This document shows, in pieces, positions 48,788 to 60,758 of a DNA stretch of 64,000 nucleotides. The notes below the pieces were generated by a model. That model saw only the letters and a list, made by a program, of their open reading frames with translations. It did no database searches and had not been told where the DNA came from. Each line of letters opens with the position of its first letter. Positions within the stretch are counted from its first letter, which is position 1. Source of the DNA: Hormiphora californensis (Eukaryota; Animalia; Ctenophora); the NCBI GenBank assembly GCA_020137815.1, contig CM035361.1:3968001-4032000 (forward strand), written 5' to 3'. The position numbers and the translations under genes were made by a program.

Positions 48788-50641
48788 CTTTAGAGTCTGC
48801 AGTTTGACTGAACAATATTGAAGAACAATAAAAGACATTATTTAGAGACAGTAATTAATTTGAGTCGCGTGACAGTGTCCGCTATCCAGATGAAACAATT
48901 CAAATTACATGTCTAGACTCTATGAATTTCAAACACAACATAGAGACGTAATTTAATTTTTCACCAAACTTTTAACTGGACACCAAGGAATTGTAACAAG
49001 CAATTGGTTTAGACATTATTCCAACTATCGTTTTCTTGCACCTCTCACTTTAATAAAAAGATACCCGTTGTCTAGGGTGCTCGTCTCCACTCCAGGCCAG
49101 TGCGTCTCTGTGAGAATCAAAGCGTCAAGACAGAAAGATAAGACTGCATTAGATAATTCAAAAAGTTTGGAAGATGATGACTGTAACGATACGACATTCC
49201 GGGTTGGTAAAGTTGGTGAAAAGATGCGTCTTTATCTAAGTGGCCACAAATTTTAATAAAGGCCTCTGATTGGGCGATTGGCTCGGGCACCGAAAAATGA
49301 CCAAAATTAAAATGAAGGGGCTCAAGCCCAAACTTCCCGATAAGATAGAAAGCTAACTCCAGTTGCTTTGGATTCCTCTCGAAAAGGTGATTCAGAAAAG
49401 CTCCGTGCTCCTAGGAGGTTTAAACCACAGTCATACCCTATTCCAGGTTGCCAGATGAAAATAATTATAATTACTCCGACCAAAATTTATTTTCGAGTGC
49501 AGGGCAATCTCTCGCCGTAGGGTTTTAGGACATACCAAGGGGACCTCAAATCTACAATTTTAGCCCTAAAGTCGAATTCGTAATTCGTATTTAAAATTCG
49601 TTTTAAAAACGTCCTGAGCATGTCCTGAAAAGACGTTTTTGTCGTTTTTGACATTGTATCATAAAAATAGATTTTTAGAGCTAGAAGTACGAAAATTTAG
49701 GGAATTGAAGAGGACTATAGAAGTTAATCGACACAAAAATGTTTTGAAATCGGTGACAATTTCCGGTCGTGAGATAACATCTGGGAGGATCAGAGGGGTA
49801 TGGGGCAGGTTCAGAGGGGTATCTAGTAGGATCTGAGGGGTGTCAGATACGATCAGAGGGGTGTCAGGTACGGCGATTTTCCACATCCAAAACTCCAATT
49901 TTTAAGATTTTTCTATAATTAGTCTAATAATTATGTAATTATCTCATTAGCAAGTGGTTTAATGAAAAATCTGACATGCTCTACCCCCACTAACGAGATG
50001 TTTCCGGTCGGGACATCTTTTTCCGGGTCAAAAACTCCGATTTTTACAACTTTCAGTTTCTCGCCCACAGCACATGGTGCGCATGCACAAAAACCCGGAA
50101 ATGAAGGTGTTGCACCTCTTACCGGAATTTAGGGTTTTCTGTGGTGTTAGTGGAGACCCTTGGAAACACATTGGTTAAGGAATTAGCTGGTATAGTAAAA
50201 TTTCCTAATCGTAGCTACGCGTAGGGCTCCGGTCCCTTACTACGTAACCAATGGCAAATTATATGTTTTTAAGTTGGGGTCAGCACACACCTACGCCAAA
50301 ATCAAAATTAAAATTTTGATTTTGGAGCCAGACACACCAGCGCTGTCAAAATTCTCTCTCCCCCGTTCTCACAGTAACAATCTCGCACGCGATTTTGACG
50401 GTCGCGTTGGATGACAAAATTATTTTGTTGAACAATTTTCTAAACAGCGTTGTTTTTGGTTTTTGGGAAATGAATGTTATTGCTAAAAATGTCACGCAGT
50501 CACCCCTACACTAGCCGTGCGCAGCGCGGCTAAACGAAGCCTGCAAATTATAACATAATAGGGGATTTCATCACCAAAGATCTACGAGAATGGCAGAGAA
50601 ACAGTGTCTAGGGACGATCTTGCTAGTTATCCTATTCTGAA

Positions 50642-51165
50642 GGTAAGTCGGAAGAACCTGTCCGTTTGTCTCATGAGTGTATCATGAGTGTGTCATGAGT
50701 GTATCATGATTGATCATGAGCGCTCATGGGACGTTTTTCGGTGTTTCAACGTCTCATGAGCGCTCATGAGTGTATAATGAGTGTATCATGAGTATGTCAT
50801 GAGCGCTCATGAGACATATGTCTTATCCCATCTCTGTTTCAATGTCTCATGAGCGCTCATAAGACGTTTTGACTCATGAGACGTTAGGGCTAGGGTTTGG
50901 TTTAGGGTTGGGCTAGGGTTAGGGCTATTCCTTAGGTCTAGGGACCCGTAGAGGGTAGGGCTAGGTCTTAGCCTATGGGTCAACCCTAACCCTACCCCTA
51001 CGGGGCCCTAGGCCTAAGGGATAGCCCTAACCCAACCCTAAACCTAACCCTAACCCTAACGTCTCATGAGACATATGTCTCATGATACACTCATGAGACA
51101 TGAGCATATGTAGGTCAAAACGTCTCATGAGCGCTCATGAGACATTGAAACAGAGATGGGATGTC
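50642..51165. repeat. Fold-back repeat with catgag units and inverted telomere-like TTAGGG/CCCTAA tracts
   Basis: ~50827-50965 is the inverted copy of ~50980-51160. Confidence 0.7.
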
Positions 51166-52085
51166 AAAAGTAAAACACACAGCAACCACCCTGGATACCA
51201 TAGCTACTAAAATCGTATCAGCCAAAAATTGTTCTTTGAGTGCAAAATTCATCGGGAAATTCAGTTTTTAAGCTTAGTCATCAATTTTACACCCATCTGG
51301 GGCAGGGAAACACCGCATTATGAATACATAATGTCATAATTCAATAATTCTTGTTAGAACTTGGTAGAGCGCTCTCCCTCCCATGATATAATGGACGCTG
51401 TGCGGGAGGGAGTCGGGAGAGCGCTCTACCAATATAATCGCTGTATTTGCTCTCCAAAAACATCCACCAACGTTGGTGGTACACCACCTTCTATTCCTCT
51501 TTTTGTTCTTTTTAAAGGTTGTACATCGTAGAACTAACCATTTATCTAATTCTAGCTAATCGATAGGGTCTAACGGTGTATAAGGTCCAAATGAGGCACG
51601 GAGTTTTTCTGAATCAGCTTTTCAAGACGAATCCAACGCAACCGGAATTAGGTTTCTATCTTATCGGGAAGGTGTGGTTCACTTTTTTCATTTTTAGCCT
51701 CATTTGGACCTTATACACCGTCAGACACTACTAATCGAATAATTTGATACAACAGTAGGAATTCACACAGGCCAGGTCTTAATTTTGATACTCGTCCGAA
51801 TCATCGAGTAGAGAATCACGTATCATGATATCTAAGCTAACTGGGGGGGGGGTAATTATACTCCTATCAGAAAAACGTGGTTGTTTGACCTCAATCTAAA
51901 CTAGCGGAAGATATGCCGTACTGAACTGGAGTTCGGCGACTTACTGAAAATTCGGGCGTCCAACCAATTACTAGTTTTGCTTCAATTAGTAACCCCCCCC
52001 CCCCCCCCGTCATATCGTATCAGTACGGCTGTTTACTGAAAATAACTGAACTAGTTTTCATTCAAATAGTAGCTGCACACCGTCA

Positions 52086-52332
52086 GGGCGCGATCACACC
52101 AAGATCTTCGAAAGAATTCTTCGAAAGAATTCTTTCGAAGCACCAAATCCAATCACACCAAAAAGCTTCGTTTGGTTCTTGCGCGTGGATGTCTATTGCT
52201 AGTTTTTGACTCTGACGACAGTGAAAAGTATACAACAGCCATCCGCGCGCAAGAACCAAACGAAGCTTTTTGGTGTGATTGGGTTTGGTGCTTCGAAAGA
52301 ATTCTTTCGAAGATCTTGGTGTGATCGCGCCC
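52086..52332. mobile_element. Harbinger-type MITE
   Basis: Near-perfect hairpin gggcgcgatcacaccaagatcttcg; 3-bp TSD tca; sits at the junction of a ~63-bp tandem duplication. Confidence 0.85.
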
Positions 52333-52436
52333 TCAGTACGGTTATTTACTGAAAATAACTGAACTATAGTTTTTCTTCAATAAGTATAGCTGCACCGTCT
52401 ACTTGCTAAATTGTTATTGTCTTTTTTAGATTCTTC

Positions 52437-53955
52437 ATGGTGTTAGTGGTATATCTCTTCATCTCACTGCTGCTTATACAGACCGGCTCTGGAACAGGTA
52501 ACAGTAATTACAGTGGGACCCCGATTATAAGGTATATATTATACCAGGCACTCCTTTCCCCGATTTGCCAGGCCTTTCTCCCCGAGAATCCCCGTAAATC
52601 GGCCGGGTCCGACTATTAGTAATAAGAGAAAGAACATAGGGCTGTCGAGAGATAGTAATTACAACATAGAACTAGAACGACTGCCAAAGAACAGCTGGAG
52701 GCATGGGAATTCCCCCAGAGTCCAACAAGAGAAGTGATAGAGAGAAATAGACACCCCAATTTAACGGACAAAACTCCTTACTTCCCCCGAAATTGCCGTC
52801 GGACTGTATATATTATATAAATCACATTTGCCATTAATGTGTGTGTGTGTGGCTCTAGTTTTAGCGTACCAAACTTTCCCTTCTGACCACCTTTGTTTTC
52901 AGACCGGTGTGTTGATAAGATCCAGTACCCATATGCATCTGACAGAACAAGTTATGCAATCCAGCATTACAATGAGTCGGGAAAGTTTCATGAATTCACC
53001 CTAGCCTTCTGGTTCGGGTACGATTCATGGCCGTCAACTGATTGGCAATGCGTAATGGGGTTCGCGACGGGCGTTCCGGTCGGTCCAACACCAATTGAAG
53101 ATTTAAAAGATCCTTTAAACGATGAATCACTTGATGTTTGGTTCCAAACGTCAGGGAAACAAATCCGTATAGATTTTGCGAAGGATTACGAGATTTGTAA
53201 GTTGGACTGAGCTGACAACAATCACAACTAAAATATTCCACATATACACACAATTATACAAATGTTTACATATTTACACTTTTTAGGGACAACAACAACC
53301 CTTTCTTTGGGCACCTGGAACCACTACACGGTCACATTCAACACGGTTGTTGGCCTAAAGATCTACGAGAATGGCACAGAAACAGTGTCTAGGGACGATC
53401 TTGCTAGTTATCAAATTCTGAAAGCAGGATACCTTGTCTTTGGGCAGGTAACTAAAGTAAAACACACACACACAATTAGGCTTGGGGCTTGTGATATTTA
53501 CAACGGTCATAGCTCGTGAGATAGAATTTGAATTTGGAGTTTAGGAAGAACTCGAAATGATCTTTCTAACTTCCAAATTTGCCTTTTTAGTTTGGGTTTA
53601 TTAAACCGTTAAGTTGGACCCAAACTAAAAAGGCAAACTTTGACTTTTATTAAATCAATTTTTAGTTAAAATTCTAAAACATTTTTAGATCTTACAAAAG
53701 CGTTCAACCTTTCATTATCAGGATCAAGAAAAACCAGGAGATCCAGCATCATTTGAAATTAAACAGTCCTGCTCCGGTCGTGTTAAAGAGCCGTACTTCT
53801 CGGACAAAGCAATCGGTTCTGATGAGGTGGCATTGTTGTACAAGAATCACCTTCCTGCAGGGACCAACATGATCAATAGTCATACTATAACTGAATACGG
53901 TGAAATCAATGTCTCATACACAGTGTGTTACCAAGGTATGGGTATTTACATATAA
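52437..53955 (+). CDS. Secreted pentraxin/LamG-like domain protein (exons 52437-52497, 52903-53196, 53287-53447, 53722-53935 or 53955)
   Basis: Signal peptide; FTLAFW, WNHYTVTF, LKIYENG, GYLVFGQ|DQE..G...F..KQS.SG pentraxin pattern; phase-compatible GT-AG introns. 3' end is either the stop at 53955 or a donor at 53936. Confidence 0.82.
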
Positions 53956-54851
53956 CACTGAAGATGGTCGTTTAGATCTCAGCCGCGTGACACGCACTGA
54001 AGTGATCGAAGTTTCGCGGAATTATGGAATCAAACGTATGAAATCATTTGTAAAAGGCTGTCTGGCGCCGCGACCCACAAATGGGGTATGGCGCCGCCAT
54101 ACAGGTAAAAGGCTAATTTTTTCGAGGTGTCCTTTATCCGTTTTTGACATTTTTTTGACCGGATTAGCGAAAAATGCACAAAACGGTGAAATTGACTCAG
54201 CATTATGGCTAAACTTTAAGAGATGTACCAGTAAATAAATTAACCTCTTGCAAATGAGTTCTCGGTCAAAAATGGTTGGTTTCATATCTCCGTGAAACGT
54301 CGAACTCCGAATTCTTCAGTGTGTGTCACACCGTTGAGATCTCAATTCAATGCGCACCACCAACTTCAGTGTGTCTCCTCCCAAATTCATACATTACATA
54401 CAGGGCCCCTTAGCTGCAGCAGACGCTGTGTGGGGTCCTTAGTGTGTACGGTTCTGATGTGTGTATTGATTTCTTTGCCTTTGTAAGTACAGTCGGACCC
54501 CGATTTAGTGGCACCCCGATTTAGGGACAGGATTCCCCCCCCCCCCCCCGATATAGGAAATTAACATTATTTGACCCCGATTTAGTGGACACCCCGATTT
54601 AGTGGACAAGAGCCTTTCCCCCGAGGGTGTCCCTAAATCGGGGTCCGACTGTATACCTAAAATAGTTCTTCCCAGTAAAACATACTGATACATATAAAAT
54701 TCATAAAACGGTCCCTTTCTTTCCCTCACATAATCTAACAAAGATATTTATATATTGGATTGAATTGACAGGATTGAATCAAGTTCGCCCTACAGCCCAA
54801 AAACAGGCGTCTGTTCAAAGCGCAGACTAAATTTTGGACTATAGAATATAG

Positions 54852-54934
54852 ATGTATGGGCGCATAGGACCGAAAGTAAACTATGGGTTGCAACCCATAG
54901 TTTACTTTCGGTCCTATAGCTATGCGCCCATACA
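54852..54934. repeat. ~80-bp palindrome
   Basis: atgtatgggcgcataggaccgaaagtaaactatgggttg|caacccatagtttactttcggtcctat..tatgcgcccatacat. Confidence 0.85.
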
Positions 54935-55191
54935 TTTTATGCAGCATTTGTGCTTAAAAAGCGCTTGTCAGCGCTGCTTTTACACGTAAAAACGCGCAAC
55001 GAGAATGGATCAGGGTCAAATCTGGGCCTCTGCTGCGCGTTTTGTATCAAAATTGGAAGATCTCGCGAGCCTATCGGACATGACCACATAGTGGGCCTAG
55101 CAGATTCCTGACGGAGAGCGAGAGAAACATCACACAACGTACACGACACAAATAGCAGTCTGTCATTTGATATTACTTTCGATTGATTATC

Positions 55192-55316
55192 GCCCTCCCG
55201 ATGGGAAGGCAGACCAAAAGGAAGTGTCGCCGGCCTCCGAAGAGAGCCAGTTGAACACTAGAACTCAGCTTACCTCAAATTAATTTGTTTAAAGTAGTGT
55301 TGAAAAGTTTGAAACT
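55192..55316 (-). ncRNA. Spliced-leader (SL) RNA gene
   Basis: Minus strand AGTTTCAAACTTTTCAACACTACTTTAAACAAATTAATTTGAG (55316-55274) matches the ctenophore SL exon as I recall it. It is followed by a GTAAG donor, stem-loop ctggctctc-TTCG-gaggccgg, U-rich CCTTTTGG and terminal stem gccttccc-atc-gggagggc. Confidence 0.9.
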
Positions 55317-55624
55317 GCTGATGGAGTCTCGGACCTCCCTCCCATCCCCCAGTACGCCACGAGTCACGTGTAGGTGGCCTTTCCAAATATGGAATAATTC
55401 AACGCGAGCAGCGTACCACGTGACCCTGTCACGTGATCTTCAAAGCCAATCGCGAGCCTCTCTAGCCCTCACATGTCAGCTCTAGCTCTACTGCTGCTGC
55501 TGCTCTGCACCAGCTCCTCTCAAACCTGAGAGATTCTCTCTCCAGTTTGTAGGAAACGTCAAAATGACCTTGCTAAAAAGTCAATAAAAAGGTGACCGAT
55601 TATAGTTTACCAAACATTTGAAGA

Positions 55625-55647
55625 AGAAGAAAAAAAGAAGAGAAAAA
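55625..55647 (-). terminator. Pol III oligo-T terminator of 5S
   Basis: TTTTTCTCTTCTTTTTTT immediately 3' of the 5S gene on the minus strand. Confidence 0.75.
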
Positions 55648-55765
55648 GGATACTGCACCGGGGATTCCCAGGCGGTCACCCATCCAAGTACTAACTCGGC
55701 CTGCGTTTGTTTAACTTCCGAGATCGAACGAGATCGGGTGCATTCAACCGAGTATGGCCGTATCC
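55646..55765 (-). rRNA. 5S rRNA gene (single copy in window)
   Basis: GGATACGGCCATAC..CACCCGATCTCGTTCGATCTCGGAAGTTAA..TTAGTACTTGGATGGGTGACCGCCTGGGAA..GTATCC; helix I pairs; 120 nt; TATA-like element ~25 bp upstream. Confidence 0.96.
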
Positions 55766-55973
55766 GACATTCAATTTCCACCCCTTTATACCTTGTTCGT
55801 TCTTGAAATTACCCGTCCCCCAATGGCCAACGTAGTGTATTTCCGGAAGGATACTCTTATAAACGATGGCTAACACCGACAAACCGACGACAAACCGACG
55901 ACAAACCGTACGTGATACGTGTCAACTATAATTATGATATGCACCATATTCACTCATACATACAGTATATTAA

Positions 55974-55974
<1 letters not shown>

Positions 55975-56057
<83 letters not shown>

Positions 56058-56085
56058 CCTCACTCTCTCTCTCCCTCTCTCTCTC
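55975..56085. repeat. (CT)n microsatellite
   Basis: Directly visible. Confidence 0.95.
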
Positions 56086-58207
56086 CCCGCTATTCCGGCG
56101 TTCCCTGTTAGAGCACGCTATTCAGCATGCAAAGAAAAGGGCTAACAAGGTGTCTCCAGAGTCTTCCCACGATCCACACAACAAGATCTCTGAGGATAAA
56201 GTGACAGGGATAGGAAGCTGGAGAGTGGAGAAAGAGAGAGAAGAGAGATTCCAGTCTTCTTGTTAGTTTCTTGTTATGTAAAATATCTGACTGACTGATT
56301 GACTACCTCTTCACTAAAAGCTTGTCAGTTATTTTCATATTTTAAGCTCCATTTGATGTTAAGGGTCCTCTTCTGCTCTTAAAATATGTTGTGTTATGAT
56401 TGGATAAATCCCAAGTGTTTCTCTCTCTCTCTCTCCCTCCCTCTCACACTCTCTCTCCCGCCCTTTTTATCTCTCTCTCTCTCTCTCTCTCCCTTTATTT
56501 CCCAAACAACAATGATATCTCGTTCCAGGATTGCATGACAATACCTCTACTGCGAAAATCCGTTACTAACAAAACAGAGTCTTCATCGTTGCCATAGCAA
56601 CAGAGTGTGTGTCATTATGAGGGGAGAGAGAGAGAGGGGGCGTTGATACCCATATTATTATAACAGGGAGCTTGCTTTGATGCTTATTTTCTCTGATCTC
56701 TCCCGCTATATTTTTATACTTTTCAAATTCTGGCTTTACTGTTAAGGTATTCTGGCTTTAATTTTCGTAGGTATTTGTTAATTCATATTTGATAAACTTC
56801 AATAACTTTAGTGAAGTAATGATTTGGCCACTTCTTATAGAGAGAGATCAGTATGCAATTTCCTACTAATCTCATGTAATTACAAGGGGGGGGGGTATAA
56901 GCAGCCCCCTCTCGCCATGTATTTGGCACTCATAGTGTTTAAATTAGCTTGCGTTATTACCTGATCTGTGTATCAAGCTGGAATATATATCTTGTAGTGG
57001 ATAACAATATTTAATGTGCTTGATTTTAGGGAAACGTAAAAATGGTATCGTGATATTAGTTCAGACGAAAATGTATGTCACTGTAATTCTGATCATCGAA
57101 AAGCCAAAAAGCATCGTAACGCCTTAGCCTTAGCTTCAGACTCCTCTCTGATCTCTCTCTCTCTCTTTTTCTCATTTCTCTCTCTCCTTTTTCTATCTCC
57201 TTTTCTCTCTTCCTGCAGACACGTCATTACCAAGCTACTTGTGGATGCTTGACTTAAGTCACTTGCTTGATTTGTCCCCAATCAACGAACAATAACCCTT
57301 TACACTTGCCAAGTACAAATTGGAACTTTATATTACAATTTTCTGCTATGAATTGCCCCTTAGCATGTCAAGGTATAATGACGTAGCAGCCAGCTTTATC
57401 ATGAGTATACCTACTGTATTGACATTTTCGACTGCGTAGGGCTTTGATCGCTTTTGGTTCCTTTTGTGTCTAATAAATATGTATAAATAGCCAGCCGCAT
57501 ATGTTTTTCTATAATCTGCAAAATTTCGAGTGAATATGATAATATGTATGCGCCAATTATGAATCATGATAAATCGATGTAAACATTAGCCGCGCCACTC
57601 TAAGTACTCTCTCTCTGATCTCTGTATCACACACAGTAAGAGTGGGTATAATTGGGTGTTTGGTTTCTACAACCACTTTGCCGCCTCACTACCTATACAT
57701 CTTCATGTACTATACTATAGAGTGATTCCACATAGAAATTCTGCTTCGGGGATTTAACTAATCTGTTCATGTTCCCAATTTATAAAGTATCATTTTAGTA
57801 GTTTATAGCATATACAGTCGGACCCCGATTTAGTGGCCCCGATTTAGTGGCACCCCGATTTAGTGGCAGGATTTTTTCCCCGAGGATGCCACTAAATCGG
57901 GGTCCGAATGTATGTTGAAAATTTAAATCCTCTTATCTGGCCCCTCCTTCAATTACATCCTCATTTCTCCGGACTCCCATCGGCGCGATTCGGTGACCGT
58001 GGTGCAGCTGTTTGAATTAGCTTATTTTGCACCCTTAGTTTCCTTATCTCAGGGGCCAGTTACCCTGGAAACATCCTCATACACGCTCCCTAGCTCCCAG
58101 AAAGATAAACCCGGCTAGAATCTGGGGATATCAGATTTCAAATCGGCCAGTTTTGTGAAGTCATATCGAGTCTTGTTTTGTGTAGCCATATAATATTTTT
58201 GATTTAA

Positions 58208-59080
58208 CCCTTTGGAGACGATTGGGTCACAGGTGACCCACAACTTTGAACCCATATAGCGTCTTTCTAGACCATATTTGAAAGTTTTAAATCGTTTCCA
58301 GGGTTGAACCATACATTTTTCTAGCATTTTGAGGTCGTTTTGAGCCTCTGAAGTTGTCGACTTTGGAAAACAGGGCTAAAACAGTGCATTTGGTAGGTAA
58401 AATGGGTAGTTTAATGGCCATATCTCAAAATTGGTACGAGTATACTTAAAATGGACTTGGAAAATGCAAGAAAAGTGTGTATTTTACCCCGGGGTAAAGT
58501 TTCAGGGTGATTTTGTGCCTCTCAGAGGCCTTCAAAGTGCTGGGTCACCTGTGACCCAATCGTCCCCTAACGCTAAAACAGGAATTTGCATTTTACGAGC
58601 ATTTCTAAAGGAATGGCCCCCGATAAAAGTCTAAAACGGCATTTTTTAAACAGGTGCTAGCGACTTACCGACTCCATCATTGTTATCTCAACATCTTAGG
58701 GAGTCGATGAAAAAATTTTTGAGATCCGTGCTCCTTCAGAAAATTTTTCATCTCGGCCAATTTTGAAATTCTAAAATCGGCTACAGATGAGATAGAGAGG
58801 CCCATAGGGTGTGCAAACTGTGCAGAATGGCCGGGTTTATATAAGTGTTATGAACAAACATAGGGTCTAAAATGAGCGGTTTTCGAGTTATCGGGCAAAA
58901 TAGCGGCAAAATCTCAATTCCTATTTTAGCGTTAGGGGACGATTGGGTCACAGGTGACCCAATAGAAATACAGGTGGTAGAACCAAAATTCCTTTTCCTG
59001 CGTTCAAGTAGGTTCAAAGTGAGTGTCTCCAGAAAGTTTTAGAGAATTCTGTCGACAGGGGGCTTATCGTCCCCAAAGGG
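58208..59080. mobile_element. piggyBac-type MITE
   Basis: TTAA|ccctttggagacga...tcgtccccaaaggg|TTAA; three gggtcac.ngtgaccc palindromes. Confidence 0.9.
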
Positions 59081-59457
59081 TTAACGACTCGGGACTTGTC
59101 ACCCGTCAAAGTGTGTTTACAACTATTATACTGGACTCATTCAATTCACTATCACATCATCAACAAATATAGTTGTACGTTGTAGTTGATGAAATTCCCC
59201 TTTGTATATTTTTCGTTGCGATTTTCCTAAATTCTAACGCATATGTACTGTTTAACCAAACATCTTGTCACACTGTCTTAGATCAACAGCGGCTATCATG
59301 GTGTTAGAAAACAAAGAGAACAGGAGGATAAACTCGAGTGACAACAAACGGTATAAAAAAGAAAGGAAGCAGTTACTTTTCACTACACCCACACGATCAA
59401 AGGTGAACATAGATAATTTTACAAATAATTTTGTTTAGTGTCACCGCCTTAAGTTTA

Positions 59458-59898
59458 TTTTTTCCCTGCCCGGGTGAATGCCGAAGGCATTCACCCGGAT
59501 GCCTTTTTACTTTGTAAAAAGGCATAGCAGGGTTAGAATTCGAAAACGACATTTTGGTATACTAACTAATCGGTAGAGGGACCATTTTGGTCACACTTTA
59601 GTTGCGAGGGGCAACGGTGTAGCAACAAGAGCCGCGCACACAGTTACGAGCTGCTCCTTCATAAACCACTTCATTGGCACGTTTTCAGGAAATGTGTGGC
59701 GCGCAATGTGGCGACGTGGCGCGCAATTTAGTGTTACTAAAACACAAGGATTTGCTCTATACTGTTTGTGTGATATGATGATCGGGATTTTGTGTTCCGC
59801 TTGCTGCTACAGCGGATCTGGTCATGATTTCCTTTCTTCATAGATTCAGATGGCAGGGAAATTCAGCATTATGTTAGAACATAATGCAATTAATCTTG
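59458..59898 (+). mobile_element. Helentron/DINE-1-like non-autonomous rolling-circle element
   Basis: T-run then 5' subTIR tttccctgc with a nearby partial inverted copy; 3' subTIR gcagggaaa; 3' hairpin gcattatgt/acataatgc; ends CTTG|TTT. Confidence 0.72.
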
Positions 59899-60504
59899 TT
59901 TGTTGAATCATAGGGTAAGAAAATAAAACCAATTCAGCCCCTACTGCAATTTAATATTTGTTTTTCTCTCCCAGTTATCTAAATTATAAACTATTATCTC
60001 TCTCCCACAGACATCTTCACCTGAAGACGACAACAAAACACCTGGGTCCTGTGGGAGATGCGGGAAGACACCTAAAAATATCAGCCTCCTTCGATCTGGA
60101 AAGACATCATCAGCTCAAAAATGTAAGTTTATAAAAACCACCCCGAATTTTAGCTAATCCTAAGGGCGATTATTATTATGTTTTGTACCTGGAGCCGGTG
60201 AATCGGGGTCCGACAATTATACCATCCTTCTCTGATACCACCCTCAACACCGGATTAATATCACCACGAACACCTTATCATATCTCATTATCTCATTACT
60301 ATGAGCTGGTGTTGTAGGTCATGGCCATAGATTCTATGAGCTAGAGTTGCATGAGCCAGTGATAATCATCACGAGATGGCTGATGCAGTGGAGTCCATGC
60401 AATACACACGTCAGTACGCCAACACAAATATGTAACTGATATCTGAGTTTATTTACACTACTGTACTAGGTACCAACCCCTCTGACCCCTCTATCTCACC
60501 TATA

Positions 60505-60708
60505 CCCTAGTAAACACGCGCTCGCTGTTTGTTGCACGAACGACGCCGTTCTACTCCGTTAACGGTGAGGAACGGCGTCGTATATGCAAGAAACAGCCGC
60601 GCACGTAAAGAACGGCGCCGTTAACGGCGTTGTTTATGCAACTTATTTTTGGCGAGCAATTGGAATTGCAGAAACAACGCCGTTAACGGCGCCGTTTTTA
60701 CGCAGAAT

Positions 60709-60758
<50 letters not shown>

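Noticed and set aside
48853-48864. aattaatttgag matching the SL 3' end
   Set aside because: Only 12 AT-rich bases; compatible with chance.
59298-60122. Possible two-exon gene start (MVLENKENRR../HLHLKTTT..)
   Set aside because: Splice signals are plausible, but there is no recognisable domain or continuation.
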